Source: a virus. From it: a DNA stretch of 60,409 nt. A model generated the notes under the pieces. It worked only from the letters and a program-made list of their open reading frames with translations, made no database searches and had not been told where the DNA came from. Below, piece after piece: positions 1 to 6,841 of this stretch (position 1 is its first letter; every line of letters starts with the position of its first letter). The translations under genes and the position numbers were made by a program. The stretch lies in IMG/VR virus record IMGVR_UViG_3300031949_000038, positions 1 to 60,409 of that record; one strand, written 5' to 3'.

Positions 1-127
1 ACCGCATGGATGCTGCATTCTGTCGTCGCGTCCGGCAGCTCGCTGATGCCAAGCTTTTTGATGGCCGCTTCGTCCAGGTTGATTTCCAGCCCCCACGGAT
101 AGTCCGGCCCGGACGGACTCCCCACCG
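1..127. repeat. Terminal direct repeat copy A (identical to 60283..60409); circular-closure overlap
   Basis: Bases 1-127 match the last 127 bases of the window letter for letter; reading frames continue across the junction. Confidence 0.97.
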
Positions 128-188
128 TAATCGGGCTCATTTTCTTCCTGTCCGACTTCGACAGCTTCATATCGGTCATCTTGTCCAT
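1..188 (-). CDS. 5' portion (about 62 aa) of a 116-aa small head-module protein split by linearisation; remainder is 60120..60282
   Basis: ATG at 188 on the minus strand, 14 nt after the terL stop (MDKMTDMKLSKSDRKKMSPITVG...). The frame runs into the repeat and resumes in ORF 60120..60407. Confidence 0.6.
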   Translation of the reverse strand, partial: MDKMTDMKLSKSDRKKMSPITVGSPSGPDYPWGLEINLDEAAIKKLGISELPDATTECSIHA

Positions 189-201
189 GGCATTCCTCTC
201 G

Positions 202-1722
202 TTACAGTCCTGTTCCTTGTCCGCGCGCCCTGGGCAGGGCTGGCGGAATGCGGTTCTTTGGCGACTCGGTGCAGGCGCGCTTCATCCCCGACAAAATCAG
301 GTAGCGTGTGTCATCCATCAGGTGATCGTTTTCCTTCACAATCACGCCCTTCTCGTTGCGGTGATACATGCGGTATTCCATGCGCCAGTTTTGAAGTGAC
401 CGGAAAACCTTAATGCCGCCTGTTGACAGGCCGTTCCAGACTGCGCCGACCCCTGCATCCACGTCGTTGTCCGCAAACACCAGGTCAAGCCCGAGGCCGT
501 GAGAGCCTTTGCCGTATATCTCGGCGAGCTTCTTGCCGTCACGCTGCCCTGATCCAGACGATGCGGGATCAATCACACCGGGTATCCACTCGCCTCGCGC
601 CTTGATGGCGTGGGCGTGAATAGCGGGTTCGGCCTGCCCGCGGTAATACTCGGCATACAGGTAGACGACATTCGTTGCGGGATCGCGCGCGCCCCACAGC
701 ACGGCGGTGCGCTTCCAGCCAACGTCCATCGCGTAGGCGCGCGGCCAGTTTGCCGGGATCGGGCGGTCATCGACCAAAAATTCAGACTCGGCAAGCGGGT
801 AGATCGCGCCCGCGCCTATACTCGGAATGCCCTTGGACCGCGCCTCGATCAGGTGCGGCGGGGTTTCCTCCAGCATCAGCCGCTTCTGCGCCTCGCTCAG
901 GTGTGGCACATCATCCCAGCCGGCCATGACCATCGCCCGGTTTCCAGTGATTACTCGCGCCATGCCTTCCTCGTAACCCGCCGGCAGGTACTGCATGACC
1001 ACCTTCGTCAGCCCCTTGAGCGGCGTGAATGTTTCAATCAGCAGCCCGTTCGTGGTCATCAGGCGCAGAGTGCATTCGTTGCGTATCCCATCGTCGGATT
1101 CCTCGTCGAGCCAGATAACCTCTTGCTCGGTGCCCTGGAATGCTTCGCGGCCCTGGTCGAACGACTTGAACCCCAGCCGCGATACGCCGTCCTTCTTCCC
1201 GTGCTGGTCGCGGTGCTGCACCCAGACGGTTCCAACGGCCTCCGGCACGCCCTGCAGCGGCGTCGTCTTCAGGATGTCCTCGAACGGTATCAACCCGGTG
1301 CCAAAGCGCCCCCAGTCGCCAAGGAGCTTCTGCTGGATGATTTCCTTTGTCGTCTGCCTGGTGTCGCCAGCCGCCCATGCGCGCACGCCCTCGGTGAATC
1401 TGGCACCCTCCCACCAGTCCGGATAGCGGCCCGTCAGGTGTGCGGTCATTTCGTAGCCGCCGCCACCCTCTGTTTTTCCCACCCGGTTCGCTGCCATGAA
1501 GCCGCGAATCGAATGCGTTTCGCCAAGCCGAAAGAACTCCAGATGCTGCTTATACAGTTCCCGCCGCAGCGGCCCGGTATCCGGGTAGTAGCTGAAAAAC
1601 TTACGCCTTAGATCGCGTCGCTTCCGCTCTGCCCGAATCTCCAGCTTTCTGATCAGCAGCCGCCGAAGCTCTGGCGTTAGCGATTGCGGCATCGGTTTCC
1701 CGTTCGGCTCTTGTAAGTTCAT
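202..1722 (-). CDS. terL: Terminase large subunit
   Basis: Walker A-like AANRVGKTEGGG, about 506 aa, located between terS and portal. Start placed at MNLQEP (ATG 1722). Confidence 0.9.
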   Translation of the reverse strand: MNLQEPNGKPMPQSLTPELRRLLIRKLEIRAERKRRDLRRKFFSYYPDTGPLRRELYKQHLEFFRLGETHSIRGFMAANRVGKTEGGGGYEMTAHLTGRYPDWWEGARFTEGVRAWAAGDTRQTTKEIIQQKLLGDWGRFGTGLIPFEDILKTTPLQGVPEAVGTVWVQHRDQHGKKDGVSRLGFKSFDQGREAFQGTEQEVIWLDEESDDGIRNECTLRLMTTNGLLIETFTPLKGLTKVVMQYLPAGYEEGMARVITGNRAMVMAGWDDVPHLSEAQKRLMLEETPPHLIEARSKGIPSIGAGAIYPLAESEFLVDDRPIPANWPRAYAMDVGWKRTAVLWGARDPATNVVYLYAEYYRGQAEPAIHAHAIKARGEWIPGVIDPASSGSGQRDGKKLAEIYGKGSHGLGLDLVFADNDVDAGVGAVWNGLSTGGIKVFRSLQNWRMEYRMYHRNEKGVIVKENDHLMDDTRYLILSGMKRACTESPKNRIPPALPRARGQGTGL

Positions 1723-2101
1723 CGTCGTCCATTCGATCGAATGCGCCAGGCTCGCCAACCTCCTTGCGGTCGATGTATAAATTCGACGCCTTCCCGCGCA
1801 ACTCCTCTGCCCTGATCGCCGCCGTAATCTGATCACCTTTCTCGGCAACTTGCTTCAATCGATCTAGTTCTTGCAAATGGGACCCGAGCGTAAGTTTTAC
1901 GTTCTCAAGGATTGGTGCCTGTATTTCCGCAACCCTTGCGCGAACCTTACTATTTGCCGCGAGACGGCTCGATTGAGCGTAAATTGCACTGTCAGCCCAT
2001 TTCTTGCTTTTCGGGTACGCCTCCCGGTATGCCTCGGCCTGAGATCTCCCGGACGCAAGAACCTGCGCGAAACGCTCCTGCTGCGGTCTGAGCTTGGTCA
2101 C
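1601..2101 (-). CDS. terS: Terminase small subunit
   Basis: N-terminus MTKLRPQQERFAQVLASGRSQAEAYREAY is typical of small terminase HTH. GTG start overlaps the upstream stop (GTGA). Confidence 0.8.
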   Translation of the reverse strand: MTKLRPQQERFAQVLASGRSQAEAYREAYPKSKKWADSAIYAQSSRLAANSKVRARVAEIQAPILENVKLTLGSHLQELDRLKQVAEKGDQITAAIRAEELRGKASNLYIDRKEVGEPGAFDRMDDDELTRAERETDAAIANARASAAADQKAGDSGRAEATRSKA

Positions 2102-2685
2102 GTCTCCGCTCCAACTGCCCCATTCCAGCGTTTCGCCATGCGCTGCATACTTTCCTTAACGAAGCGGTATATCTCGCGGTCCTGGTCGGACCTTTTTTCT
2201 TTGCGCAGCCATTCGTCATAAGGAACAAGCGCCGTCAACCTTTCGGCGCACCATGAGAAGAAGGCTTGATTCTTTGCCTCCCTTGTTTGCGGAACACCCC
2301 CGCTTGCTATGTTTGTCAGGCTGTCGCGTAACGCCGTGATGTATCCACGCTCAACTCGAAGCGCCTCATGTTCACTCAATCCGTCTTGAATAATGACCTC
2401 GGTAACATCCAATCCGTCTGCCAAAATGCTACGAATCTTGGCCACTTTCAGCAAATTACAGCCAGCGCCAGAACACCTTGCTTCCTTTACGTGCTGCTTA
2501 ACCCGACCGCCACAACCCTTCCCGACGTAAAATGTCTCCCCGGTGCGGGGGTCAACCAACGAGTACACATAGAACCGATCTACATTCACCCGCCCCGCCT
2601 TGGCTTGCTTCTTCCCACTTTCTGCCTTCGGCGCCAGCGGACGCTTGACACTTTTTCCCACCGCCGGCTTCTTTTTCGTAGCCAC
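2098..2685 (-). CDS. GIY-YIG-type nuclease-like protein with Lys-rich N-terminus
   Basis: FYVYSLVDPRTGETFYVGKGCGGRVKQH matches the GIY...YVG...R...H core; followed by N..K.I motif. Confidence 0.6.
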   Translation of the reverse strand: MATKKKPAVGKSVKRPLAPKAESGKKQAKAGRVNVDRFYVYSLVDPRTGETFYVGKGCGGRVKQHVKEARCSGAGCNLLKVAKIRSILADGLDVTEVIIQDGLSEHEALRVERGYITALRDSLTNIASGGVPQTREAKNQAFFSWCAERLTALVPYDEWLRKEKRSDQDREIYRFVKESMQRMAKRWNGAVGAET

Positions 2686-2688
2686 GGC

Positions 2689-2970
2689 CTACATTCCCCC
2701 CATCTGCCCACCCATCTGCCCACCCTTGGCGCGGGCGTAGCCGGTAGCCACCTGCTGCTGCTCGGCACTGGCCGGGCCCTGCGTCAGCAACTGCTTGGCA
2801 ATGACGAGGGCTTCGTCCACGCTGCCAACCTGCTGCATCCCAGCGTCCTCCTGGACTTCGGGCGCGCCGCCTTCCGGAGCTGCCGCCGCCTGCGCATCGG
2901 TGTCGGTCTTGTCCTCGCCAACGGTAACGGCTCCGGCGTCGTCCACTTCGATCTTTACGGATATGCCCAT
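2689..2970 (-). CDS. Hypothetical acidic protein (93 aa)
   Basis: ORF with GAAAGGA RBS before ATG 2970. Confidence 0.45.
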   Translation of the reverse strand: MGISVKIEVDDAGAVTVGEDKTDTDAQAAAAPEGGAPEVQEDAGMQQVGSVDEALVIAKQLLTQGPASAEQQQVATGYARAKGGQMGGQMGGM

Positions 2971-2980
2971 GATTTTCCTT

Positions 2981-3229
2981 TCAGTTTCGCGAGAACGTCG
3001 GCGAATTGATGACATCGCGATACAGCACCTTGTCCGCTTCGCTCAGCGTGCCTAGGCGCAGCTTGATCGCCACTTCCTTCTCGCGTTTCCTAATTTCGTC
3101 GAACGCGGCCTTGCGCTCAGCGTGCAGGATATCGACCACCGCGGCCAGGTCCTTGAACTTGGCCTTGAGCGTGGCGTAATCCGCCCCCTCAACGTCCCGG
3201 ATCGCGTCGTCGCTGTTGTAGGTCGTCAT
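2981..3229 (-). CDS. Hypothetical protein (82 aa)
   Basis: Clean ORF with helical, charged composition. Confidence 0.5.
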   Translation of the reverse strand: MTTYNSDDAIRDVEGADYATLKAKFKDLAAVVDILHAERKAAFDEIRKREKEVAIKLRLGTLSEADKVLYRDVINSPTFSRN

Positions 3230-3257
3230 TCGCTGTCACGCGTGCGGCTGTCGTTGC

Positions 3258-3860
3258 TCATCGCGATGGCTCCTTTACGCCGCACACGCGGCGGTCCTCG
3301 ATAATCAAGGCCTGGGCGGCGGCGAGCTGGCGGGCGGTGTCGTCGGCGTCTCGCCCGATTGCCAGAAGATCGCTTCTAGCCGCTGCAGAAAGGTCGCAGG
3401 CCTCGGGCGCATCACTTCCGCCGGCGCCGGCGCCAGGCGGGCCTGCGGCACTTCCACTATCGACGGCGGGGCAGGCGGGGGTGTAAAAGGCGCCTGCGCG
3501 CACCCGAAGCTTGCCGCTAGCAATATCAGCCAGAATCCGCTTTTCAGCAGCGCGCCCATGTGCTTTCTCCTTCGCCAATTTGACGGTGATCTCGGTGAGC
3601 GCCGCGGCGTGCTCGCCTTCGGTCTTGCGCGCGGCCTCCTCCAGCGCTTTCACGCGGTCCATCGCATCGCGCAGTTGCGCGTTGTCGCGCAGCTTGTAGG
3701 CAGCGTCGCACGCGTCCCTGCCGGCCTTGGCCGCCTCGGCGCGCACGCTGCTGAGGTAACCGGACACGGTCGCGGTGATGCCCCAGATCGCGCCGAGAAC
3801 GAGCAGGGCCCCGGCCAGATACAGCCAGCCGGTTGCGATGACGCCGCGCTGGTGGTTCAT
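3258..3860 (-). CDS. Rz: i-spanin (Rz-like)
   Basis: N-terminal TM (WLYLAGALLVLGAIWGI), coiled-coil middle. ATGA overlap with the endolysin stop. Contains an embedded lipoprotein ORF. Confidence 0.8.
   Translation of the reverse strand: MNHQRGVIATGWLYLAGALLVLGAIWGITATVSGYLSSVRAEAAKAGRDACDAAYKLRDNAQLRDAMDRVKALEEAARKTEGEHAAALTEITVKLAKEKAHGRAAEKRILADIASGKLRVRAGAFYTPACPAVDSGSAAGPPGAGAGGSDAPEACDLSAAARSDLLAIGRDADDTARQLAAAQALIIEDRRVCGVKEPSR
3305..3559 (-). CDS. Rz1: o-spanin (Rz1-like) embedded in the Rz +1 frame
   Basis: Lipobox LLAASFGC, Pro-rich mature part, lies fully inside Rz. Confidence 0.8.
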   Translation of the reverse strand: MGALLKSGFWLILLAASFGCAQAPFTPPPAPPSIVEVPQARLAPAPAEVMRPRPATFLQRLEAIFWQSGETPTTPPASSPPPRP

Positions 3861-4447
3861 GCGAGCACATCCTTGGCGCGCTCCCAATAGGCCACTCTGT
3901 CGGCGTAGCCGTTCATGCCGCCGTTGATGCATAGCGTGATCAACGTAAACTCGCCACGGTCGGCGAGATCGTTGAGGTTGACGCCGGGCTGCGCGCCGGC
4001 GGCGATCGCGCGCCTGGACAGGTTCTCGCCGGCGCCGATGGTCCAGAAGTCGCCGGCGGCGCGCGCGGCGAGCTCGAGCGACGGCGGGTCGATCAGCTCC
4101 GGGTCCTCTATCAGCCGCTCGTCACCGAAGAGGCGCAGGCTGACGTTGCGCGTGTTCTTGCGGCCGGTCGTCTGCATCCAGCCCCAGCCCTTGAACATCA
4201 CGCCGTCGCCCGGTTCGGTGTTGCCCAGATCTTCGCGCCCCTCGTAGGCTTTGCCGGACGCCAGCTCGCGCAGATAATGAAAGCCCGCGGACTCGTGCGC
4301 CAGTTGGGCGAGGAACGCGGTTTCGCGCCCGACGTTTTCGACGATGCGAAATTCGTCCATCGCGGCGTTGAGCGGCTTGACGACCCGGTCCAGGCGCCGG
4401 CTGGAGGCCTGCGGGCAGATCCGCCTGAGATCTTCGAAAGTGATCAC
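3857..4447 (-). CDS. Endolysin, glycoside hydrolase family 19 (chitinase-like)
   Basis: LAQLAHESAGF...YEGREDLGNTEPGDGVMFKGWGWMQTTGRKN motifs. GTG start in a GTGA overlap with the upstream stop. Confidence 0.85.
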   Translation of the reverse strand: MITFEDLRRICPQASSRRLDRVVKPLNAAMDEFRIVENVGRETAFLAQLAHESAGFHYLRELASGKAYEGREDLGNTEPGDGVMFKGWGWMQTTGRKNTRNVSLRLFGDERLIEDPELIDPPSLELAARAAGDFWTIGAGENLSRRAIAAGAQPGVNLNDLADRGEFTLITLCINGGMNGYADRVAYWERAKDVLA

Positions 4448-4707
4448 GCGATGTACTCCAGATCGATCGCCACCCAGCCGTAGGGATGCTCGATCTGCGT
4501 GCTCTGCACCCAGTTCGTCATCTCCAGCCGGCACATGCCCGCCGGCAGCGCGCGCGCGAGCGCCGCCATCTGCGGCGTGGTGAACACGAAGAGCGTGCCC
4601 TGCGGCGTCTCGACCGCGGACAGGTCGACGTTCGCGCACGGCGGCAGCGGCGGCGCGCTGGCGCAGCCGGCGAGGAGCACGATGGCGAGGAGCGCGGCGC
4701 GTTTCAT
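4444..4707 (-). CDS. Small lipoprotein (87 aa) inside the lysis cassette
   Basis: MKRAALLAIVLLAGC lipobox. ATGA overlap with holin and GTGA overlap with endolysin. Confidence 0.7.
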   Translation of the reverse strand: MKRAALLAIVLLAGCASAPPLPPCANVDLSAVETPQGTLFVFTTPQMAALARALPAGMCRLEMTNWVQSTQIEHPYGWVAIDLEYIA

Positions 4708-5081
4708 GATCCGTCCGCCGCGTCGCCGTGTTTTGGTTCGTCTCGCGGCGGATACATTGCGGGCGTCTGCCCCAGAATTCTCTGCTCGAAAAACCGTTCC
4801 AGCACGAAAATCGCCCGGGTGCCCATGTGCCCGGCCACGGCCACGAGCACCGCGGTCAGGAGCGGGCTGAACCCCGACCACTCGCACAGATAGAACGTCA
4901 CCACACCGGCGAACGCGCTGATGAACAGTTCGCCCATAAACTCGGCGATGTTGAACCAGCGCGCCACGCCGGATTTGACCTTACCAAAAAACGAGGCGGC
5001 GCCGCCCAGGATCGACAGGGCGAACACCCAGCCGTAGGTGATGAAGCCGTAGCTGGTGGGGTCTTTTTCCGGCATTTCCAT
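4704..5081 (-). CDS. Holin-like membrane protein (3 predicted TM segments)
   Basis: Three hydrophobic stretches with a charged C-terminus, directly upstream of the endolysin. Start is ATG 5081 or 5075. Confidence 0.65.
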   Translation of the reverse strand: MEMPEKDPTSYGFITYGWVFALSILGGAASFFGKVKSGVARWFNIAEFMGELFISAFAGVVTFYLCEWSGFSPLLTAVLVAVAGHMGTRAIFVLERFFEQRILGQTPAMYPPRDEPKHGDAADGS

Positions 5082-5107
5082 TCTCCGCGGTCGGTTCGGA
5101 CCTGTTT

Positions 5108-5203
5108 TTACGAGAACACCAGGCCCAGGAAAATAAGCGCGATAGCCAGGAGCATCCATTTCGCACACCTGATGGCTTCCGCAAGTTCATCGTCCTTGTC
5201 CAT
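5108..5203 (-). CDS. Micro-ORF, 31-aa single-TM peptide upstream of holin
   Basis: MDKDDELAEAIRCAKWMLLAIALIFLGLVFS; not in the ORF track (below 60 aa). Confidence 0.35.
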   Translation of the reverse strand: MDKDDELAEAIRCAKWMLLAIALIFLGLVFS

Positions 5204-5216
5204 TGGCGCCTCGCCA

Positions 5217-5253
5217 AATAAAAAGCCGCGACGGCCCTGATGGACCGCGCGGC
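5217..5253 (-). terminator. Rho-independent terminator between tRNA and lysis genes
   Basis: GC-rich interrupted stem 5225-5253 followed on the minus strand by TTTTTATTT. Confidence 0.65.
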
Positions 5254-5300
5254 GAACCGGCGATGAAACGCCGGAGGGAGGAGACTCTACGGCAACGAAT

Positions 5301-5377
5301 TGGTAGCGGCGGACCGATTCGAACGGCCGACCTCCTGCTTATGGGGCAGGCGAGCTAGACCGCTGCTCCACACCGCG
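5301..5377 (-). tRNA. tRNA with CAU anticodon, initiator-like (Met/fMet type)
   Basis: 77-nt cloverleaf folded by hand: CGCGGTG-TG-GAGC-AGCGGTCTA-GCTC-G-CCTGC-CCCATAA-GCAGG-AGGTC-GGCCG-TTCGAAT-CGGTC-CGCCGCT-A-CCA. Confidence 0.85.
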
Positions 5378-6048
5378 ACTGATAACTGGCCTTGGCGCCC
5401 GCCGGCTCCAGCGGTCATAACTTTGGTCGATATGCGCGCGATGACAGTCGGCCGCTTAGGGCGGCCAGGCCTTTGCTGTGCGCCTCTTTGGGTGTCGAGT
5501 AGACGTAGGCGACTTGCAAATCTTGCCGGGTAGTGCATCCGGCAGCGGTAATGCGCCCGAGGGCTCCGCACTAACTGCTCTTGGGTGGGGCGAATCGTGC
5601 CGCCTGTTGAAGGCGCAGAGCCGAACATATCTCTGTGCAACACCTTCCAGTCGCCGACATCCACGACACACCTTTGTCCCTATCTGCTATTTACGTGGTG
5701 GCTGCTTCCGGGCCGCGGGTCCGCCCATCGCCAGGTATCCCACTCCGCAATCCGCATCCCGCCAACAAGCTACCGGCAGCATCGACAGACTGCGCTTCGT
5801 CGCCTGCCTTACGGCCACATCCGGCGCGGATGTACTGCTTTTGCTTTGGTGGCAGGGCGCTACTCCTGCGTACAGCGGTTTAGCTTCTCCTTCAGTCCCT
5901 CGCAGCTTCAGCTAATTAGCTAGATCAGCCTCTACACGCGATACAGAATCAGCCGTGTCCTTGGTTCCGATGCGTCTGGTCTATAGCCCTCGCGCACCGT
6001 GCTGTCGTAACCGTCGAATAACAGGCGTGTCTGCTTTCCACGCCGCAC

Positions 6049-6077
6049 CAAAGCAAAAGCCCGGATTTCTCCGGGCT
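6049..6077 (-). terminator. tR'-like intrinsic terminator about 65 nt downstream of the late promoter
   Basis: AGCCCGGA-GAAA-TCCGGGCT followed by TTTGCTTTGG on the minus strand. Confidence 0.75.
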
Positions 6078-6123
6078 CTATCAAGAGGCGATTCCCCATA
6101 GGAAGAAGCCGTCCTCGCGAGAA

Positions 6124-6151
6124 ATGATACCAGAACCAAATCGAATGTCAA
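6124..6151 (-). promoter_or_regulatory. Late (PR'-like) sigma70 promoter
   Basis: Minus strand reads TTGACA, 16 nt, TG-G-TATCAT (consensus -35 plus extended -10). It lies immediately downstream of the Q-like gene. Confidence 0.7.
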
Positions 6152-6221
6152 GCCCATGTACGACATATTGCGCCCTAAATGCAATGCGCCACCATTACGG
6201 CAACCGCTCGGTCGGCCATGA

Positions 6222-6659
6222 CTACCAAATCCCCCGCCGCTCCAGCCCCTCGCGTACCGCCTCGCGGGCGGCAGCCAGGTGCTCGGCCTCGTCGCCACGG
6301 TTGAACCGGAAGACGGCGTACAGGTGCTTGTTCGATAGCGCCAGTTGCTGCGATTGCGGCAGGCCGCGGTAGTCCGGCGGAGTGCCCCGGATAAGGGCAT
6401 CGCACGCTATTGCGACGCGGCGCTCCGCTGCGTCGGCCATGTCATCGAAATGCGCCTGACCGCCGCCGGACGATAGCCCGACCGCTGCTCGTGGCAGTCC
6501 CTCGACCTCAGTCCCGGAGCGCATCCACCGACTCCAGTTCCACAGGTGCCAGTCCAGGCGCTCGTCGGTCATCCTCCCGGACCCCGTTGACGTGCCCGCC
6601 TCCTCTTTTGTGCGCCGGAATGTTATTGGTCTTATCATTGCCTGCCCCGCTGTGATCAT
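6222..6659 (-). CDS. Antitermination protein Q-like
   Basis: RLDWHLWNWSRWMRSG motif resembles phage Q proteins. The position before promoter plus terminator fits. Start uncertain (6659 or 6572). Confidence 0.55.
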   Translation of the reverse strand: MITAGQAMIRPITFRRTKEEAGTSTGSGRMTDERLDWHLWNWSRWMRSGTEVEGLPRAAVGLSSGGGQAHFDDMADAAERRVAIACDALIRGTPPDYRGLPQSQQLALSNKHLYAVFRFNRGDEAEHLAAAREAVREGLERRGIW

Positions 6660-6661
6660 GG

Positions 6662-6841
6662 TTAGCTACCAGCCAGCACCCCTTGCGCGCCCTTGAATTC
6701 CGCAGGCGGAATCATCCGCCCCCCGCGCTCGCACGCCGCTTTCCACGCGCGCCATTGCCCAAAAATGAATGTGGGGTCTCCGTCCGCGAACACCCGCATG
6801 CTTTCCGCGTAGCGCAGCGTCAAAACCTGATTCGCGTCCAT
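6662..6841 (-). CDS. Hypothetical protein (59 aa)
   Basis: ATG overlaps the upstream TAA (TAATG); not in the ORF track. Confidence 0.4.
   Translation of the reverse strand: MDANQVLTLRYAESMRVFADGDPTFIFGQWRAWKAACERGGRMIPPAEFKGAQGVLAGS

Noticed and set aside
6-1611. Plus-strand ORFs 6..413, 181..399, 423..605, 610..1611, 675..929 and 995..1426, antisense to the small head gene and terL
   Set aside because: They overlap a confidently identified terminase gene on the other strand and are Arg/Pro/Ala-rich with no RBS. These are typical shadow ORFs of high-GC DNA.
5287-5664. 125-aa minus-strand ORF and other ORFs in the 5.3-6.0 kb region
   Set aside because: The ORF runs straight through the tRNA gene, is highly basic (Arg/Pro/Ser-rich) and lacks an RBS. 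The overlapping plus-strand ORFs read through a hairpin/T-tract and look equally artificial.
5378-6048. The ORF-free leader as tmRNA, RNase P RNA or a second tRNA
   Set aside because: I could not find the tRNA-like acceptor/T-arm of tmRNA, the GAGGAAAGUCC-type RNase P core, or another GTTCGA-type T-loop with matching stems. It is left as an unclassified candidate RNA.
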